The notes under the pieces were generated by a model, which saw only the letters and a list, made by a program, of their open reading frames with translations, had not been told where the DNA came from and did no database searches. The position numbers and the translations under genes were made by a program. Of a stretch of 64,000 bases of DNA, positions 58,908 through 64,000 are shown one piece after another; position 1 is the first letter of the stretch; every line of letters begins with the position of its first letter. Source of the DNA: an uncultured Nitrososphaerales archaeon (lineage in GTDB: Archaea; Thermoproteota; Nitrososphaeria; Nitrososphaerales; Nitrososphaeraceae); the NCBI GenBank assembly GCA_963709405.1, contig CAVPXM010000050.1:1-64000 (forward strand), given 5' to 3'.

Positions 58908-59153
58908 TCAGTATCCTGATGTTGACGGAGGCAAAGTAGTACTTCCAGAATTAGTTGGATTATTACTACTATTATTGTTATTCGCTCCAAGATTTGTCGA
59001 AATGCCTGAACCAGTACTATTTGTCTGATTTCCTGCCTGAGATACAGCCGATACTGGATCAGCAAATGTTTCTATCATTGTTGATACGATTACCAATGAT
59101 GCAACAATTCCAATAAAGGTCACTGATTTCTTCTTCATAGTCATTTTTAACAA
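58908..59153 (-). CDS. Small secreted Asn/Ser/Thr-rich protein
   Basis: Signal peptide ending PVSA plus low-complexity tail. Confidence 0.6.
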   Translation of the reverse strand: MLKMTMKKKSVTFIGIVASLVIVSTMIETFADPVSAVSQAGNQTNSTGSGISTNLGANNNNSSNNPTNSGSTTLPPSTSGY

Positions 59154-59314
59154 GAAAAATCACATATGATTCTTTCTGATGAGTCAGGATATTATTATCC
59201 TCGTACAATGGCCATACACATATAAACTCTAAATCTGACCCAATTGTTAGTAAGTCAACTTTGTATTCTGAAAATATTTTTAGATTATCAATTCATTAGT
59301 ATAGTATAGTGGGA

Positions 59315-59696
59315 TTACAACCTAAGTAAGACAGTACGATAAAGGCCGTAATTCATCTCACCTGAAGTGACAAATGAAATAAGTGTAATAAAGAATAAAG
59401 ATAAAAGATTTAGGCAAATCAGCATCGAATACGAATCTTGGATTCGATTAAAAATAACATGATACTTAACCCAGTGAATACCGATTACGATGAAACTGAT
59501 TATATAAATCTCAAATTGGTGGATTAATTGGATTAGATTGTTATCAACTTGCTGTTCCGTAAGATTATGAGGCAAATCTGGAATTTGAATTGAAAGTCAT
59601 AAATGTTATTGCGAAGGCAAAAACCGTATCTACAAAGGAAGTTATGTGTTCTAATCTTATTTTGTTATGAATGGTACGCATTTTTTCATAAATCAT
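59315..59696 (-). pseudogene. TMEM175 (DUF1211) K+ channel family, frameshifted and truncated
   Basis: RLEHITSFVDTVFAFAITF; YIISFIVIGIHWVKYH..F; NLLSLFFITLISF. Confidence 0.75.
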
Positions 59697-60078
59697 TAGT
59701 TGACGGTAAATAAAATAATAATTGTTATATGCAGGTTTTATGATCATGGTACATAATCGTCCCAGTTACACGTGCATTCATCGCATGAATATAATTAATT
59801 ATTACAATCATAACATTTCTTATAATAAACTACGAATTTTGGAGTATTCACGACTTAAGCTGTGGTAACTTCATTTATGTTACTATCTAGTGATTAATAA
59901 GAACAGTCGATTCTAATTATTATGTCGATCTCTCCTATTTGTTATGGTTGAGCCGGTAAAGTTCGTTTTGATATACTTTTGATATACTGAATCTCGATTT
60001 TATGTTCCACCCCGCATATAAGTTGGAATTGTATACGTAATAATACAAATATAATATAGTATAAACGAAATATAAGAA

Positions 60079-60840
60079 ATGTACAAGATCCTTCTTACTA
60101 TATCAATTTTGACAATAGTCTCTATCGCTTGTCTCTCTTCAATTAATTCATCAAACGCCCAGTCTTCGCAAAATAATCACACTATAATACTATCTAATCG
60201 TGATTTTAATAGTACATTATCTGCTTCTGGAGCATCCATGATAAAAATAAAACCTGACAAGGTTACACTCTCATTAGGTGTCGAGACTACAAATAAAACT
60301 GCAGATGCTGCATTATCTTCCAATTCAAAGTCAATGAATAAAACCCTTGGGCATTAAAAACAGCAGGAGTCAAAGAAAATGAGACAAGCACATCCTTATT
60401 TGATATTTCACCAAATTACAACTACTCACAATCAAGTAGAGGAGATCTGACTGGATTTACAGCAAGAAATTCTATCACAATAGAAAGCTTTAACATTAAT
60501 GCAACATCAAATTGGATTCGATACTGCAATAGCCGCAGGAGCCAACAACATTAACAGTATAGATTTTACCCTTTCTGATAAGAAGTTAGAACAAATTAAG
60601 AATTCCTTGATTGAGCCTGCGATTGATAGCGCCGTAGAGAAAGCTAACATTGCAGCTTCAGCATTAGGATTAAAAATAATTGGAGTGAAATCCATTAAAC
60701 TTTTAGAATTTACAGCATCTCCACTACCACAGCAAGTATTTGCTACGAAAGCTATGGCTGCAACTCCTCCAACACCAATCATCGCGGGTGAACAGACGAT
60801 ATCACAAAATGTCGACATTGTTTTTATTGTTGGTAAATAA
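60079..60840 (+). CDS. SIMPL (DUF541) protein, frameshifted
   Basis: IKPDKVTLSLGVET..A..AL..NS; DTAIAAGANNINSIDF..A.EKA...ASALGL..GEQTISQNV. Confidence 0.85.
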
Positions 60841-60847
60841 AGACCAT

Positions 60848-60871
60848 TTTTGGTTTGGTTTGGTTTGGTTT
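60848..60871. repeat. (TTTGG)n microsatellite just downstream of the SIMPL gene; T-rich, possibly terminator-associated
   Basis: TTTGGTTTGGTTTGGTTTGGTTTG. Confidence 0.7.
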
Positions 60872-61555
60872 GATCTATTATAGGAATGTTCATAGCGACC
60901 TATATATTTTCTAATTATTTGCTTCAATTTAGATGCAAATAAAGCATTCTGTCTTTCTAATTCTTTGCTATACTAGAGGACTTGTTTCTGTTTTTGTGAT
61001 TCTCATATTCAATAGCAGTTATCATCATGTTAAGAGTTAGACGAGGAATCAAATTTCAAAAATATTGACCGATTATCAGCTTATTCTTAGTATGTATTCA
61101 AAAAAGGATGTCAAGAAAAGAATGAAATTAAGAACTATTAAAGCAATTATAACATCATATTTTTCTGCCTTATTTAGAAAACTGAGGAAATAAATGAAGC
61201 AACAAGAAATATTTTATGGTACGATTAACAATTTAAGGAAGGTGATAATGATAATAATCACAAAAGCTGTATATATTGTTCTTGTTTTTAATATATAATG
61301 TTATACCAATTAACATAAGTACGGTAACGGCAATCTGAATATGCGTAATTATCTGACCTGGAATGTGTTAGATTACTTATGTTAACTGGTATATGTTGAG
61401 CACCTATTAGTAAAATAAATTTGAATTGACAACCTCAATTTAGATTGAATCTATTCATGAAAGCTATTCAAGCTAATGTTTTCATCGAATTCGATGTTCA
61501 TCATTACGATATCGTAAAGTAACAAAATTAATAATAATGACCCAAATCTAGCTGA

Positions 61556-62065
61556 TTGTGCAAGAATCTGAAATTAGGTTATTTGCGTGAGCATGCACTC
61601 TTACCTTACTGTTATATAGTAGAAAAGGAAAAAATATGTGTGGAAGTATCAAAAAAGGATTCTCATTCAGATCAAGAGTTAATGAAAATATATGATTTGA
61701 AAAATATTGCTGTAGTTGGAATGTCTAATAAGGAAGAGAAGCCGGGGCATTTTGTACCTAAATATCTAATTGAACATGGATATAATGTGATTCCCGTAAA
61801 CCCTACTTTAAAGGAAGTACTTGGAAGAACATCATATCCCAACCTTGTCTCCATACCCGATAAAGTCGATATCGTCGACATATTTAGGAAATCTGAAGAT
61901 GTGCCTCCGATAGTAGAGGATGCGATAAAGAAAAAAGGTGTTAAAGTTTTGTGGATGCAAGAAGGAATATATAATCAAGATTCCGAAAAAATGGCTAAAG
62001 AAAATGGTTTAGAGGTTTTATTTAATAGATGTATGATGGCAGAGCACAAGAGATTATTTAAGTGA
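61556..62065 (+). CDS. CoA-binding protein (YccU-like); true start likely ~61638
   Basis: IAVVGMS, GYNVIPVNP, VDIVDIFRKS, LWMQEG, NRCMMAEH. Confidence 0.92.
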   Translation: MCKNLKLGYLREHALLPYCYIVEKEKICVEVSKKDSHSDQELMKIYDLKNIAVVGMSNKEEKPGHFVPKYLIEHGYNVIPVNPTLKEVLGRTSYPNLVSIPDKVDIVDIFRKSEDVPPIVEDAIKKKGVKVLWMQEGIYNQDSEKMAKENGLEVLFNRCMMAEHKRLFK

Positions 62066-62629
62066 ATATATTAAAGTTTAAATATATTCTTATAATATAC
62101 GAGCTGTGAATTCATGTTACATTCAATGTATGAGGTAGCCATGTTATCACATTGTTAAAAGTATCATTAAAAAGACTCCCATCTACCTATGATACTATAT
62201 GTTTCTAAATGTATTAGTAACGTAATATCGTAACAAATTTTAGCATCTTATAATAAATGATATGTTCTGCTGCGGCTGTAGTCTTCAGCTTCATCAACTA
62301 TTGTAACTATGTATTTATGTATGTATATCCTATAGGGTAGATCCATTTATGAAATAGTCATTCCAACAAGGCATAACGCAATGGCTATTGATAATGTAAA
62401 AAGAAAATGTGAAGAGTTTGATCACAGAGTTATTTCCTACTCAGTTCACCACTTATATTTGGACAGGTTATAAGAGTCCGATGAATTTATCTATAATGTC
62501 TCCATATCTGTTGTCTAATATCTAATTTGAGGATCGGCTTTAGAATAGATTTCTTATTTATAATGAGTTAACATAGTTAAACCAGTTTTATTAACCATTG
62601 ATGAGAAGATAATGTAGTCTTTAATAATA

Positions 62630-63055
62630 ATGTCCTCTCTCCAAGGCCTAGGAACAAAGCCTGTAAACCATTTACCACCATCCCATTGCTACCGAGATAG
62701 AATTTATATCATTAAGGATGTTATTCTACACTTAGTAGAATATGGATATCTTAATCAAACATCTTTGATTCGATTCTGTGGCTTAAATTTAAAAAAGCAC
62801 AGACCCATATTAGATGAGCTAGAATTCAATGCATTCATTAGTAGAAGTGAATCATCAATAGGACACAGAACTATTACAATTTATAGGCCTACACAGAAAG
62901 GAATAGAATTTTGCAATAGGATAATTGTACCATATGAAAAAGTGTTTCCTATGGAAAAGAAGCAACAGATTAAGATTGATAAGAGAACTATTGAATCAGG
63001 AGCTGTTGAAGATAATGAAAATAAGAGTGGTCGCAGGATTATCACGATCTCATAG
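62630..63055 (+). CDS. Winged-helix transcription regulator
   Basis: YRDRIYIIKDVIL..LNQTSLIRFCGLN..ILDELE..T.KG.EF. Confidence 0.8.
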   Translation: MSSLQGLGTKPVNHLPPSHCYRDRIYIIKDVILHLVEYGYLNQTSLIRFCGLNLKKHRPILDELEFNAFISRSESSIGHRTITIYRPTQKGIEFCNRIIVPYEKVFPMEKKQQIKIDKRTIESGAVEDNENKSGRRIITIS

Positions 63056-63239
63056 GAACAACTGATCAATAGCCATATTTTCTATCCATATCTTGAGAAA
63101 TTTAGCATATTTTAAAAATTTTAGTCTTGTACAGACAAGATTCAAAATAGATATGGCTTTCTATATGATTCTATATGATATTGCCACATGCAGTGAGGAT
63201 AAAGCGATATTAGCAACTAATGCACTAAAATTGCATTAG

Positions 63240-63698
63240 TCATGTCTCTATACCATATTCTTCTGCAATCTTTCTATCCGCTTTGTCCCTCTCTCTTTGA
63301 AATTCTCTATATCCTTTGGTCCACTTTACTACAATTGAACGGCATTGTCTTATTCCTGCAATAATCATCATTATAGATATAATAATTAGTAAAACGAGAA
63401 GTATTCCAAGCACGATTCCAAATTCGTTCTCAATTTCGAGCACAGCGAAAAATGTTGGATGGGATATCAAAAAGAGCGAGAGGCCTATTGCAAGAGGAGC
63501 CAGTATCAAAGCTGAAATAGAAATATAGAGTAACGTCTTCCTTATCTTTAGCATTTGGATTATAAAATCATCCATAGTTGTGATGATGTCCAATCGAGAG
63601 TGCTCAGTTCTAGTTACAGCGGAATTATGATTAGAAATATTATTCTTATTATCCCTGTGATCTTCAGAATCCTTCATATCTCTAAATACAATGACCAA
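63240..63698 (-). CDS. Two-TM hypothetical protein
   Basis: Two hydrophobic helices and a charged C-terminus. Confidence 0.65.
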   Translation of the reverse strand: MVIVFRDMKDSEDHRDNKNNISNHNSAVTRTEHSRLDIITTMDDFIIQMLKIRKTLLYISISALILAPLAIGLSLFLISHPTFFAVLEIENEFGIVLGILLVLLIIISIMMIIAGIRQCRSIVVKWTKGYREFQRERDKADRKIAEEYGIET

Positions 63699-63801
63699 TA
63701 CACAAGTTTCATTATTTATTTGATGATTAACTTTGTTAACTTATCAAAGTATGTTGCAATGAATCGTTTGTTTTAAGCTTAGTATCACTAATCGTATTAA
63801 G

Positions 63802-64000
63802 TCAAGTGTCGTAGTGTCTGTCGTCATTCCAAGTTCCAAATCTACTCTCTAGATAACCTGATACTGCAGCTTTCTGTTCTTCTATCTGCGTATAAAATCT
63901 GTTTGCACACACATCTGATTTTATCTGCTGGTTTACTTTCCTTTCATTTGGATTTAGGTATGGTGCTTTCTTTGGTAGGTGAATAATGGTCAGCCAGTCT
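63802..64000 (-). mobile_element. IS630-family transposase C-terminus (continues beyond the window)
   Basis: Manual translation DWLTIIHLPKKAPYLNPNERKVNQQIKSDVCANRFY..IEEQKAAV*; matches the LPxYSPxLNPxE motif of IS630 DDE domains. Confidence 0.75.

Overview
AT-rich (roughly one-third GC by eye) archaeal DNA. The gene content points to a soil ammonia-oxidising archaeon (Nitrososphaerales): RFC large subunit, F420-type LLM/PPOX enzymes, a cupredoxin, a Nitrososphaera-type sensor kinase and many small secreted and CxxC proteins. Most of 1-45 kb is a decaying accessory region. It holds three copies of a 138-141 bp MITE with 12-bp TIRs and 8-bp target duplications, IS6, IS630 and integrase remnants, a bacterial-type alkylation-repair cassette, a circularly permuted DUF72 segment bounded by 25-bp direct repeats, a high-GC foreign patch, and several unannotated microprotein genes. 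These include a 35-aa 'signal peptide + pentapeptide' gene resembling a Phr-type propeptide and a family of secreted His-rich peptides. The 45-64 kb part is more housekeeping-like (FAD oxidase, USP, PPK2, RFC-L, histidine kinase, glyoxylate reductase, SIMPL, CoA-binding protein). Many genes carry single-base frameshifts that could be pseudogenisation or long-read indel errors. No rRNA, complete tRNA or CRISPR array was seen. All family assignments come from motif recognition, not database searches.
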